DNA of 64,000 nucleotides from Neophaeotheca triangularis (Eukaryota). The notes under the pieces are model-generated. The model saw nothing but the letters and a program-made list of their open reading frames with translations. It was not told the origin of the DNA and made no database searches. Positions within the stretch are counted from its first letter, which is position 1. Each line of letters begins with the position of its first letter. A program made the position numbers and the translations under genes. Where the stretch lies: positions 62,001 through 126,000 of the forward strand of contig BAAIJX010000016.1 of the NCBI GenBank assembly GCA_054600435.1. Direction: 5' to 3'. Below are positions 37,463 through 50,324 of this stretch, piece after piece.

Positions 37463-38143
37463 ACCCTAGTTTGGTGGTGCTTTTACTGGGCCATGTGCGC
37501 TGTCGGATGGTTAGTAGTAGCTGTTTTTGGCCCTCAAAACGTCAAGGACAAGGCTAATGCGTTTCTCTTGGTGTTGTCTAGGGGGTTTGATGTCCAGGTC
37601 AACGGAGCCATGATCGCGGTGCCTGCTTTCAGACGCGACTTCGGGTGAGCTGCACACGGTCGGACGACTGCCTGTGGCGGAAGTATTCTCACTAACAATT
37701 ATTGCCAACAGAGAACGTTTCGATGGGCAGTGGGTGCTGCCCGCTCAGTGGCAGGCTGCTTTCAACATCATGGGTACACCGGGACAGCTCTTTGATAGCT
37801 TCATGGCCGGCTGGGTCGCTGATCGCCATGGCCGGAAGATGTCGCTCCTTTGCGGCCTCGTACTTTGCACAGGGGGTATTATCGGACAAATGGTCATCAC
37901 TTCGCGAGCTGGCTTTCTTGGGGCGAAATTGGTTCTCGGCTTTGGTCTAGGTTTCTACCTGACACTTGGCCCTCTTGGAACCAGCGAATGCTCTCCTCTC
38001 GTCCTTCGCGGAATCGCTACTTCCGGAGTCAATCTAGGCGTGGCAATCGGGCAGCTAACCTCCAACGCCGTCATGACCGCATGTTCTTTGCAAAGGTCCC
38101 ACCTCGGAGAATGGGTTCTTACAATCTCGGTGTGTATCTGTGA
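37463..38143 (+). pseudogene. Deleted MFS sugar porter (maltose-permease-like)
   Basis: LVWWCFYWAMCAVGW|GFDVQVNGAMIAVPAFRRDFG|ERFDGQWVLPAQWQ...ADRHGRK...SECSPLVLRG with introns 37510-37581 and 37645-37711. No start codon; jumps out of frame at ~38075 to the tail DRMFFAKVPPRRMGSY. Confidence 0.8.
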
Positions 38144-39560
38144 TTTCCCAGTTCCGTGAGACACAGGAGAAGCCGAGTGTCCTGGTTTCAACAGTGGGAG
38201 CTGCCAGTACAGTGGACGCCAGAGAGTCGAGAAACGCAATATGGACAGACGATGCAGAGGAGGGCATAGCTCAGTATAGTACGTTTGTCCTATTCATGAT
38301 GACGGTATTGCTACATGTAGACATTTAGTAATAGCCGATCCGGATGTATTATAGTCAGCGGCTCAATCGGTTATTACCTACATGCAGTCTTTCTCAATCG
38401 AAGTCTTCATACCTATGTATCTGATAGCTGATGTCTCTACAGGATGATGTTTGGTCAGGTGGCCTGGTCGTTTGGTGAGCTCGTTGTCGCTGTCGCGGAA
38501 GCGCTATGCTCAGTGTGCTGCCACAGCCTCGGAGAACGTCCGAGGAGTACCGTTTGGCAGATGTCTCGATACCAGAAAAGGGAAGATACAAAAGAAAGGG
38601 ACGTCTCAGCACACCCTCCCGAGGTCCAGTCTGCTGTAGGGAGTCACAGTGATGAATGGGCGGCTGCCGTCACGAGGACGGTAAGGCTGCCTTGGCACTT
38701 GTCTCGCGAGGCAGTTGAACGAGATTACAAGGAAATTGGCCGAGTCCCGTCGAGCGGTGTTGGAGGGACGATCTCTATCTCTTGCAAAAAGTTGCAAGAG
38801 ATGTGGAGGTGGGACACGCGCCACACCTGCACAGCCACCCTGTCAAGCAGGCGAGTTGTGGCTGTCTGCCCTATAGGGAGACGCTTTCAGCAGCGCTAGT
38901 GCTTGCAGGTTGCAGCCAGAAATCTCCGAAGTGTAGAAACGGAAAGGTACCTGGTCTTGCTGCTGTATAGCGCGACAGCTAGCCTTGTTTGTGTACCGAG
39001 CTTGCCAGCTTTGGGCACATGAGCAGTAAATATCAGGTTTGCTATCACGATCGCGTCGCACATCACTACTACCTTACACTACCATCCCAGCCTCTCTTTA
39101 CAGTAGTGACGCCGGGAGTCGGCGCTGGTTGAGCTTGTTCGCTGGTAGTCTTGGGCTTGTTGCCGCTTCGAGCATCGTGCGCGCCCAGCGGACCTCTAGG
39201 AGTGCAATGCGCCATGCCTCGAGCATGCTTAGCGCTCCGTTGCCAGGCTGATCAAGGCCGGCAAAACAGGGCATTGTTGTTGAAATTGCATGCATGGCCG
39301 TACCTGTACCTGCCTTGCCGTACCAGAGAATCGAGATGTCTCATTATGCGGGCAGCGGGACATGGTCGTATATCGAGAGTACCTTAGGTAGGTAGTGGCC
39401 ATGACGTGAGGTTGAGGTGAGAAGAAGAACAAGAAGAAGAAGCAAGGCGTGTGCACCACCGCGTTTGCTGGCTGGGCGTGTCTCCTTCCCTTTCTTAAGA
39501 GGTCTCACTTGCATTCTTGCAACAACACGAAGTCGTCCGTCTACTTTTCCCATTCCTCAC

Positions 39561-39590
39561 CTCACACTCACACTCACACTCACACTCACA
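39561..39590. repeat. (CTCACA)5 tandem repeat
   Basis: ctcacactcacactcacactcacactcaca in the leader region of the small gene. Confidence 0.85.
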
Positions 39591-39781
39591 TACCCACTCT
39601 CACTCACCATCCTCATCACCAACACCACACCAACGACAACCACTCCCAAGTCAGTATCTACATCAACAACAAGCACACAACCAGAACCGAAAGCTCACCA
39701 TTGTCTCTTCACACGCGCAGACTCGAAACATACCTACCCTCCCACCAAACCCACACCTCCCACAAACCCCTCTCTCTCAAA

Positions 39782-40109
39782 ATGGGTGCCGTCGCGTCCT
39801 GCGTAAGAAGCCACCCAACCCACGCGCCAGTCGCAAAAGCAACCAACCCTCTCACACGCCGGCACAGTTCAACTCCCTGGTCTCGGCCATCACCAGCTGC
39901 TTCATGGCCATTGTGAACGCCATTGTCACGGTCGTCAAAGCCATCATCAACGTGAGCTCGCAACACCAACGACACCCGCACGCCGTCCCGGCGCCTGACA
40001 CCCGACTAACCTCTCTTTCCAGGGCATCGTCGCGCTCGTCATGGCCATCGTGTCCTGCCTCACTTGCGGCAAGGTCGGGCGTTCGAAAGCTAGTACGAGT
40101 GCGGTATGA
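39782..40109 (+). CDS. 63-aa small hydrophobic/amphipathic protein; exons 39782-39802, 39868-39951, 40023-40109
   Basis: CAAAATGG context and two phase-0 introns give MGAVASC|FNSLVSAITSCFMAIVNAIVTVVKAIIN|GIVALVMAIVSCLTCGKVGRSKASTSAV*; strong C-ending codon bias. Confidence 0.85.
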
Positions 40110-40739
40110 GACGACCCCCCCCCATCACCAAACACCCACCGACGCATGTTCAATTCGAGCACGCTCCATCTCACTACGCCGGTCAAGCGTATACGGAAGA
40201 ACGGGCGGTCTCCCATGAGAAGGGTGGATGTGCATGGCGGAGGCGAGTCTTTACCAACATTGTCGATGCATAAATGAGCGAGATACCCATTAGCTGGCGT
40301 TTCAAAGGTCTTTCGGCGCAATTGCATGCGGCTTCTATTATGGCAGTCATAGCGTTGTAATGGATGCAAGTTTCAAGTCACTTCTTTCAGCATTTCTTTG
40401 CACGCAGCTTCTTCTTCTTGAAAGGTAGTTCCTTTGACAACAGCATGAAACATGGCTACTGTGACAGAGGCTTCTCGCAGCAAGACAAGTTTTCATTAGG
40501 AAGTAAGCAGGCCCTAAGGCAGCAAATAAAAAAAAAGCTCCAAGCAGTCGCTCCCCGGACGCCATTTCATCATACAAGAGGTGATGGGGTATGTCGTGCC
40601 TCACGGCGGTGTGCTCCTTCGTAACATGCTCCCGAGAAGTCCACCGCAACGCTCTCATTCCATCCGTCCAAATTCCTCCTCTGATTTCCACACATGCTCC
40701 TGCCAACCTGGTCCACCTCCTGCAGCACGTGCGCGTTTT

Positions 40740-41319
40740 TTAGTGATTCTTCGCCGCGATCACTATTCCGGATCAATCAGTATCGACGAACGTGAGCGTG
40801 AAGAGACAGGCCATGGGGAATCCAGCACTTACCGCTGGGAACAATGATGACCACAAGCAATAGGATGATGCCGACAATAAGACACATGCGCATGCGCATG
40901 TCCTTCCACCACATCTGCTTCCTCACCCTGTTCGCGCCACGACGGAAGCCCTGCGCAGAAGTCGCCAAGTTGTCCGTCTTGTCTTGCAAGCTATCAAGAC
41001 GCTCACCGCGCTCCGAGGCCTTGGTCATGTTCTGGCGCATCTGGTCGACGACATCGTTGATTTCCTAGACAAGCGGGTGGTCAGCGCACGCAACCTCTCG
41101 GATCCCATCTTTCTCGAGGGATTGGACATTGCAACGCCACAGGGTACCCTGTTGTATCAAATGCAGCACCCAACTGCCTCTTTGTCGCTTCCATCATCCC
41201 TATCCGCCGAGACTCACCCTGTTGAGGCCTTCGGTACGGCTTTGGCCGCCGGCTTGCTGACTGCCACCGGCATTCTGGTTGTTCGGAATGTAGGGGTCGT
41301 AGCTCTGGTTGTTGTCCAT
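40740..41319 (-). CDS. SNC1: Synaptobrevin / v-SNARE; exons 41319-41218, 41064-40833, 40762-40740
   Basis: [38 protein letters not shown] plus TM anchor; last micro-exon VIAAKNH*. Confidence 0.95.
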
Positions 41320-42040
41320 TGTGAAGGTCGGGGGAGCTAGGTGGGTGCTAGGCAACGAGTATGGGGCTTGCCGAAGACGTCGCTGTCTAGGCGGGAAGTC
41401 GCTTCGCGATGCCCAAGGTTCGTAGGAGTATTGGATTGATTATCGCGAAAGTAGACGGGAGTAATTGCAGCGTGGCTTCAGTCGTGAGTTGGTGGTTGGG
41501 CGTGTGGGTGATAGAATATGAGGTTGCGTCGCAAGCGGGAGGATGGTGAGACGTCTCAAAGGGAAGGTTGGCTAGAACGGGTCACGTGCAAAGTCCGAGC
41601 GTCAAAGTACGCGAATGCCTGAGGTGGGTGCTGCGCCTCTTGCGACAACTATAACGTTGATTGCCACGACACGATGGTCATTTTGTCGAAACTTCAATTA
41701 TGATAATTCACATGCAACTGCCATCGACATAAGCTCGATATGCGATATCATGTACAGCCGTAGTTAGCGATTATGGCGTCCCGGCACGGTACTATTGATA
41801 CCTTTGTACCTTGGAATAGCCAGGCCAAGAATGCAACAAGAGCAGCGTCATTGGACTGCTTTTTTTTTTGTTCGAGCGCCTGTCCCCATTTCGTCAACTC
41901 ACGACGACGACAAGAGACTTTCGGTGTTCTCGTTCTGTTGTTGTGGCGCCATTACAGCCATCCGCAAGTCATCACACAATCATTCGTCGCCGTATCCAGT
42001 CCACCTGCAGTCTTACACCATATGTGACGCGGATTTTCAT

Positions 42041-42643
42041 TCATGCGCTTAGAGGCGCCTCTCTGCCTTTCTCGATATTGTCGGCTTGTGCTCGTAGAGC
42101 ATCGGCCTGAAAGTTCCTGAACGCTGCCTGTATCCTGTCCCTGCTGTCCCTGTCCGCAGCGATCTGCTGCCTCGCTCGCAGCGTCCCTGTCATCAACCCA
42201 GTCTCCCCGCCAAAGAACACCCCTCCAGCTCCTAGCAGAGTGTACGTTGCGAAATCTCCCAGTTTGCTCGGCTTCATCAAGGGCGCCATGTTCGGTAGGG
42301 GCTCCTCGCGACCATTGGCAAATCGGACTGTTGTAGGCTGCTCTGCCGCTCTGAAGGCCTTGAACATACTAGCTCGCGAGGAGCGAAGGCGGTATGCGAG
42401 GAAGACGCCTAGCCCGACTCCAATGGCAGACCCGACGGAAGAGTGAATGGAAACAGTAGAAGCTGCTGATTTGAGAGCATCGCGGTCTTTTTCTTGAAGG
42501 CTGTTGGGCAAGTTAGCGACGTCAACCGCATTTAGCTACGAAGACGGGGAATGCGCATACTCGTGCTTGATGTGTTGCTCTGCCAGGTTTCCAAGCTGCT
42601 CGCCGACGTGCTTGCGGAAGACTGCAAGCGATTCCGACGACAT
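42041..42643 (-). CDS. Fungal hypothetical two-TM membrane protein; exons 42643-42561, 42500-42041
   Basis: MSSESLAVFRKHVGEQL...HIKH|DLQEKDRDALKSAAS joined by intron 42501-42560; two Gly-rich hydrophobic helices. Confidence 0.8.
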
Positions 42644-44788
42644 GATTGGAAGAATTTGGGCTGAAGTGTGTATGAGAGCTGTTGGAAAAGGTGCTTGCTG
42701 TACCTGTGTTGGAGGACGTTAGGATCCTAGACCTACAGAAGAGTGATAACCAAGGCGAATATTTTTGTTAAGTGCCCGGTGATGCGAGGGTGGCATGACA
42801 GCACTGTGACATGTGACGAAAACGCCAGGACCACCTCCACCTCCGCATGTCCGGCGGTCCACTTCAAGACCTCACGTCTTTAACGAGGTACCAATTCAAG
42901 GTACCTAGTATGCAGGTGCAATTACTGATCAAGACGCCACCGAGAAGGACACCAAGAACCGTAACGCACAACGGACGAGCTCCGTAAATATACTGTTGCT
43001 TGCCGACACCTACGCCGACCGCAGCCTTCAGCAAATGTTACTGCTTTTCACGATGGCCCTTTGAGAGATATGGCAAGTGAGATACCATACGAAGTTCCAT
43101 TGGTGGGAAACGTATCGCAAGCACTCGACAATTGGCAACGTTGGTCGTTCTTAGTCTTTGCCCCTTTTTTGTAGCCACAAACCTACTGTGTCATAAGCCC
43201 CCTCGATGCCCTTGCTACCCCGAGCATTTTTAAGCAAGTCACGCTGAACTGTACCAGTTGCAAGTGTCTAGGCCTCACAGTTGTTCTGAGGGAATAAGCA
43301 GCAACGGGCATCATCTGTCTGGACACGGTGGCGACGCAGGCTGTTATATTTCCAAAAACACTGATTCGGCTCCAAGCCGCGACCACGTCTCGCTGGCCAA
43401 CGTATTCCGGCAGAATGCGGCGCAGCGATCAGAGGAACAGGATAGAGAGCGCGTCCGGCCATCAAAGACGCCACTTGATTTGGATCAGGGGAGCTCTGCG
43501 ACCAGTGCTTCGGCTGTGACTCAATTGATGTCGAAGGGTTGGCAACTTGGCATCACCTCAACGCTAAGTACCATGGTCTTCAAGAGGTGAAGTCCTTTTG
43601 GTCCTGTTGCTGCATATGGGCTTCTACAACAAAATGCTAGCCGCGCTTGGTTCGCCGCCACCACAACGTGAGACTTTTGCTTGCATGGGGCTGTCATTCG
43701 TACCCTAGCTGCTTTGTCATTTTCAGGGGTTTCCTGTCACAGCACCCAAGAAAGGAAGATCGCATCCTTATGTGATACTGGAAGGGCTCGTCGAGGCAGC
43801 AGACCGACTACAAGGTGCAACCGATCGAACCTGGTCACTGGAGCTAAGCCGGATCATTGCATTACGTTGCAGCCTTGTACGACTATTGTAACTCCTAGAA
43901 TCCTGATACCATTCGCTCAGAAATCGCCCCCAGCACGGCGAGCATGTCCGAAAGATCAGATCTAACAAGCCTTAAAGCAATGGAAGCTATTCAAGCCAAC
44001 GATTACTGCGTGGCGACCTTTAACGTATTTCTGCGCTTTGGCCCTACAGACGACAAAGCCATGTAAGGTAGAAGTAAGTCCAGACCAAGACAACATCAAT
44101 ATATGCGCCCCAATACCAGCATGATCGGTGGAAAGGCGACGCGAAACGAATGAGTTGTGAGTTACGCCTCGAAGCTTTGCGCGGAAAAGCTTGAGTTTCA
44201 TTCATGCTACGGGTTCGACCTTCTCAGTGGGCGGAAGACATCCAAACTTTGTAGGTCGTACACATGCGATTTTGGGTTGCAGATTTACGCCTCCAAATGA
44301 CAATGCTCTGTTCTCATGCCGTGGTGTCTCAGACAGAAGCACGGGCAGGACGGCGGGACCTTTGATATTCTGAGACCAGGCTTAATGAGGAGCTCTTGAC
44401 AATACTATCATTTCAAAGACAAAACGAAGCAGAAGTGGGTCTTGCCATGAAAGCCCAGGGTTGAGATATGCCAATGAGGTTCCAGGTTTGCATTTCAAAT
44501 GCACCTTCCCGTTTTGACGGCCGGCGGTGCCTGACCACACCAAAGCTTGAGCACATGGCGATACTTCTTGTATACTCGCATCGGTCGTTGTGCTTTCTCT
44601 TGGTCCAACACCTACTACATCGGTGGCGGTCTTTCCGCGCAACCTGAAGAGACGTTGTTTGGAAGTCGTACCTCCGGATGATCGCACTCGGACGGGCAAT
44701 ACAAGATGGCACCAGTGCCCTGCTCTTTTCTTTCCGTTCGTTAACCTCCCACCTCTCTCCCAACCGCTCGCAATCCAAGAATCCCAGC

Positions 44789-46675
44789 ATGCACACCTCT
44801 ACACTCCTGCTGGGTGCCCTCTCGGGTGCCTGCATATCGCTAGCCGCAGCTGTCCACCCCAAAGATCTGTTAAGCCGAGGAAACCGGCTCGCATCACGTA
44901 TCGAAAAGAAACAATCGGGAGAGCCTTTCGTCGACCCTGTCTTGCACAAACGGGCAGAGAGATTTCTCTACCCAGCAACCGAAGGTAGGTCGAGCCTTTA
45001 CCCTTATCTTAGCAGCAAACTGACCCAGAGGCAGAGTATGCTGTCAACGGATCCGGGCTGCCGCTTGTCGACTTCGACATCGGTGAGAGCTATGCCGGCC
45101 TCATGCCAATCTCGGACCGCGCAAATGAAACTCGCGAGCTTTTCTTCTGGTTCTTTCCGTCTACGGGCTTCGAAACAACAGATCAGGTGACCGTCTGGTG
45201 TACGATCACCCTGCAGATCTTCTCCAGAGCTTGGCTAACCGCGATACAGTGAATGGCGGCCCCGGTTGCAGTTCCATGAGCGGCATGCTGAACGGCATTA
45301 GCCCGCTGAGTTGGATGCCAGGTACTCGGGATCCTGTACAGAACGTCTATCCTTGGACCAACCTCACCAATGTCGTCTTCATTGAGTATCCAATCGGTGT
45401 TGGATTCACGCAAGGGGAAAGCAACGTCGAAAATGCGGAAGGCGCTGCGCAGCAGTTTCTTGGATTCTGGCGCAACTTCGCTTCTGCCTTTTGTCTGGAG
45501 AACTACAAGGTCTACTTGGCCGGCGCGAGCTACGCTGGTTACTACATACCGTACATTGCGGACGCGGTAGGCTGGCTCCCTCATCCATACATGACCTTTT
45601 ACTGATGGTGACCAGTTTATCGATGCTGCGGATTTTATCTACTTCAATCTGCAAGGAGTCTTCCTCACCAGCCCTATCCTCGGCGATCAGACCAGCCACG
45701 GACAGACCGTCACCATGGACTTCGTCCGGCACTGGGAAACCCTCTTGAACCTGAACAGCAGCTTCTTCGAAGCCATGGAGGCCTATAGCGAGTACTGCGG
45801 GTACGAGGACTACCGCGAAGAATACCTGCAATTTCCCGCACCGCAAAGACCCTTCCCGCTACAAGCGAACCCTTACGGCGACGAGCCAAGGTATGCATGC
45901 GATATATTCGACCAAGTCGCCTGGGCGGCCTTGCTAGTCAACCCGTGCTTTAACATCTACCGTGTCAGCGATCAATGCCCGTTCCGCTGGTAACCTACCC
46001 TCCCCCACATCAGTGCACGAGCATGGCAGTGGCTGACTCCCTACTCCTAGGTCTGTCCTCGGCGCCGTCAACGAAGCGGACTATGTTCCTCTTCCTGACA
46101 TCACATACTTCGACCTGTCGGCCGTCCAGGAAGCGATCCACGTCCCGCCCACCGACTGGAGACAGTGCAGAGACGGCGTGTATCGCGACATCGAGACGGG
46201 GGAGCCCTTGAGTGATTCCAGCTCACCCCCCGCCAACAATGGTGTCCTACAGCGCGTAATCGACTATACGCAGAACGTCGTTGTCGGAACCGGTGATCAA
46301 GACTTTCTCTTGTCCCCAAATGGCACTTTGCTCGCCATTCAGAACTGTACTTTCGGCGGCCGTCAAGGCTTGAGCGAGTACCCGACACAGGAGTTCTACG
46401 TCCCGTACCACCCCGAACCGAACCAAGGCTCCATGGCTGGCGCCGGCATTTTGGGTACCTGGACTACCGACCGCGGTTTGACTTTCTTCCGCCTAGCCTC
46501 CGCCGGCCACCAGATCCCGGCGCATGCTCCTGGGGCCGCTTACCGCGCCGTGGAGCTCATGCTGGGCCGTATCGATTCCTTCAGCGACGTCGTACCCTTC
46601 ACGACGCTCCCGGGCAATTGGACGGGCACGATGCCGCTGAACACCACGGAAGGCGAGTTTGTGCCACCGGTCTGA
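44789..46675 (+). CDS. Secreted peptidase S10 (serine carboxypeptidase-like); exons 44789-44984, 45035-45199, 45250-45566, 45616-45989, 46051-46675
   Basis: Signal peptide; FDIGESYAGLMP, LFFWFFP, WLNGGPGCSS, GASYAG nucleophile, GDQD, AGHQIP. Confidence 0.92.
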
Positions 46676-46873
46676 GTAGCTATACGCAAGTGGCGACGCT
46701 GGCGGCAACAGGAGAGCAGACCAGAGCAGAACAATGGCTTCGGCGTTATAGGTTGTTTCTCATGGGGTATCTACATAAGCTAGAAAGGGCACGGCCTCTA
46801 GGCTCCGGGCATCGCGTAATGTACCAAGATCGTATCATGAGCAAATGAAGAGATTGTATCTCCCACAACCGAT

Positions 46874-48579
46874 TCAACAGACTCGCATGCCGCAGAGCGT
46901 GATGCCTCCGCTCTCGATGACGGCGTTCCTGTCAAAGTAGAGTTGGACAATGTCTCTGACGAACTCCTTGTCGCTTTCGCTCCAGACGTCGAGGCCTAGT
47001 CTTCGCACCTCCTCCGCTCGGATGAGGATGCTGCCTTCCTCGATGCCCTCTTCGGTCGAGTCGTCGGCTTCTTCGACAATCGAAGCTAAGTTCGAGATGA
47101 TCATGAATGTCAGTCGATGGAAGTAAGCGGTCAACGCTGTGGCCATGAATCGTTTCTCTTCCGTATCTGAATGGTCATCCACTTCCGACGACGGTGCAAA
47201 CGGCGATTTCACTCGAGAGTCTCCGGCTTCTGGTAGGTTGGCCAGCAATTCTTGGTCCATGGCCTGTTCTTCCGCTTCGATAGAGTCTCGTTCGCCAGCT
47301 GAAGCCCACCACATGAAAGTCTGGCAAGCGGCTGTTGTCCAGCTAGCAGGTTCGACGGTCTCATATTCGTCGCCCTCAATGCCACCGTCTTCTGGATACA
47401 CGCTGCGCCTTCGATTTCGCAGGAGTGGTTGGTCGTCGTCTTCTTGGTCGTCGCTTCCAGATTCATCGTCTCTATAGCGCATCGTGTCCCGTCGCCTCCC
47501 TGATCGCGTTCGCCGCATCTCCCTGTTCAATGTCTTGAACCGCTTGAAATCCCGTTGTGTTGCTTTTATTATCCTGCCTTCTGAAGTCCTTATCCTTGGC
47601 CATCGGCCTGAGTTGTTGTGTGAGGAGGCGGCCGGCAGCTCGACAACTATGTCGTAAAGGTCGTTCTTCATTTGCAAAATATCATCTGTTGTGCAAGCCA
47701 GCGTAGGCTGGCGATTCTCGGCTCGTGCGCGGCTCTGTAGCTCCGGTATATCGTGAATGCCCACGCTGAAAAGAGGCTGAATACGAAAGAGGTGCTCCAG
47801 ACTGGCCTCGAGCGTCTCCGCCGCGGACTGTGGAATGCTGGAAAGGACAGAGAGATCGTAAACTAGCAAAAGTCAGCATATGGCCCGCAAACGCATGTGT
47901 TGGAAACCATACCAAAGTTGCAGCTTTGTTGTACGGGCGCGCTGCCCATCAACAGTATCCTCTTCCGACACAGCGCGGCCTTGTACAGAGGAAATACCAG
48001 CGGTCCAAACACCTCCGCCAGCGCTCCCATATCCAAAGCCGGATGATCCGCCCCCAGCAAACCTTCGTTCTTGACCACGTTCGAAGCATCCGACCTAGCC
48101 CTGCCACGCCGGTCCGGACGTATCATCCCAGCCTTCCCACCCTCCTCCTTATCCGCCCTCCACGCCTCCCAGTACGCTTTCAGGAACCCTTTGCCTTCAG
48201 CAAGCCTCTCCTCAAGCCCAGAGATACTCCCCGCCAACCACTTCAGCCCTTCCGCGTGCTCCCATGCTCTACCCAGCCTGCCCTGCCCCACCTCTACCAA
48301 TGCGCCCACACTGACAAAATCCGCATTGCGATGTGCAGCGTCGCCCTCGCCACGCTGGAAAGCACTGATGCCTGCGAATTGGCTGTGTCGGAAGTAAACT
48401 AGGTCGCTCGGTACGCCGTGGAGGCCGGATGGAAGGCTTTTGTACTCGACACCATCGAGGGAGAGTGCAGGGTGTGAAGAAGCGGTGCTCGACCAGGCGA
48501 GCTGGAAGCCGATCCTTTGGTCGAAGACGACAAGGAATAGGGCTACTAGGGACGGCGGCGAGGTGTGAGATTGGTCCAT
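46874..48579 (-). CDS. DENN-related DUF4484/Anr2 (LCHN)-like protein; exons 48579-47913, 47862-46874
   Basis: ALFLVVFD..GF..W, GVEYKSLPSGLH...DLVYF, FGPLVFPLYKAAL.RKRIL, KATQRD, FMWWASAGE, GLDVWSESD. Confidence 0.8.
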
Positions 48580-48848
48580 AGTGTGCGCGAGGGATTTGGC
48601 GAGTCAAAGAGTAAACTGTAAGTTCAGGGTAGTGTGAGGTGAAGCTAACTAACATGTGATTATTGTAGATTGACGGGTTCAGCCGAGGTTTTCCGTATAT
48701 ATTATCACTGTTAACAGGAGGGTTGCCAGTACCAATAACACTGCGGTGCTGCTGTTGAATGATATGATACTGAATACTTGTCTGAGATTTCATTGCTTCT
48801 CTACTGACTTCATCTACCGCACTACTTCTGCATCGTCATGTCAAGAGT

Positions 48849-50214
48849 TCATCGCTTCAAGATTGCCTCAAGCTCCTTCGCAACAGCATCGCCGACGTCG
48901 GAAGTGCTGGCAGATCCGCCAATGTCTTTGGTACGGACGTTCTTGTCGATGACCGCCTTCACAGCCTCGTCAACATTTTTGGCGAGCTCTGGTTGCTGGA
49001 ACGAGTATTTCAGCATCATGGCAACCGAAAGCAGCATGGCGACAGGGTTGACAAGTCCTTTGCCGCTGATATCTGGAGCAGAACCTGCGTAGGATGATCA
49101 GCATTGGAGCCGTGACAAGAGCGGTTTCTTGCGCAGCTTACCGTGGATAGGCTCGTAAATGCCGTTGCATTTGCCCTTGCCATCTGGGCTCGCAGTCAAA
49201 CTGGCACTGGGCAGCAGACCCAGAGAGCCCGGAATCACAGACGCCTCGTCACTGATAATGTCGCCGAAGAGGTTGCTGGTTACGATGACACCGTTCAGGG
49301 CTCTAGGGTTCTTGACCATCAACATGGCCACGGAATCAATGAGATGGTGACCGAGCTTGAGTTGGGGGAACTCCTTTTCCATGACCTCAGTAACAGTTTT
49401 CCTCCACAGACGACTCGTAGCCATCACGTTGGCCTTGTCCAGACTCCACACCGGCGCAGGCGGGTCTTCGGCAAGTGCAAGGTATGCGGCCAGTCTCGTG
49501 ACTCTTTCAATCTCGGCGCGCGAGTATGGCTCGGTGTCCTGTGCGAAACCGCTACCATCATCTTCCGTCCTTTCGCCGAAATAGATACCACCCGTGAGCT
49601 CACGCACAATGTTGAAGTTGGTGCCACGGCAGACTTCAGCCTTCAGAGGTGACTGCTCGACTAGAGAATCCGAAGCAAAGAAGCAAGGACGAAGGTTTCC
49701 GAAGGTACCCATCTCTTTGCGGAGCTTGAGGAGACCTTGCTCGGGTCGTATGGTGCCGGTGCCCCATTTGGGACCACCGATCGCACCAAGGAGGACAGCA
49801 TCGGCGGCTTTGGCGGCAGAGAGGGCTTCGTCGGTGAGCGGGCTCCCGGTGGAGTCGATCGAGCACTGAAAGGGTCAGACACTGCTCAATTTAATATACA
49901 TCATTCGTTTCTTACACCGCCTAGCAGGTGTTCTTGGAAGTTGAACTTGACATCGCTGCTGTTCTTCTCGATCGTACGTAGTACCTTTGATGACCCCGTC
50001 AGCCATTTGCCATTGGAACGAGCAATACACTCCAGCATACCTTGAGAGCTTCGGCAGTGACCTACAAGATCTGTCAATACGGACTCGATCTGTAGGCCAT
50101 TGGGTCGCTCACTTCTGGGCCGCAATGGTCACCTTGTTGCTGTTAGCTTGTCCCCTGTCTTTCATGGGACCAAGCGTACCTACCAGCGAAGACGACAATG
50201 TTGTAGGACGGCAT
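48849..50214 (-). CDS. LEU2: 3-isopropylmalate dehydrogenase; exons 50214-50184, 50132-50113, 50061-50041, 49984-49916, 49865-49142, 49084-48849
   Basis: [64 protein letters not shown]. Confidence 0.97.
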
Positions 50215-50324
50215 TCTTTAATGCTTGTGGCGATTGGATGGTTGTGGGTGTGGTTAAAGCGTAAAAGAATGTTGGATGTTTGACATGGTGGCCGTCAACG
50301 TCGCAAAATGTCCCACCTTCACTC

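Noticed and set aside
36796..37557. 253-aa plus-strand ORF
   Set aside because: Antisense of the GH5 remnant running into the transporter remnant.
39417..40218. Three overlapping His/Thr/Pro-rich ORFs
   Set aside because: Products of CA-rich low-complexity leader; the credible gene is the spliced 63-aa CDS.
42720..44780. 2-kb gene-free region with short ORFs
   Set aside because: No codon bias, coherent exon chain, transposase motif, terminal repeats or RIP-like AT enrichment seen.
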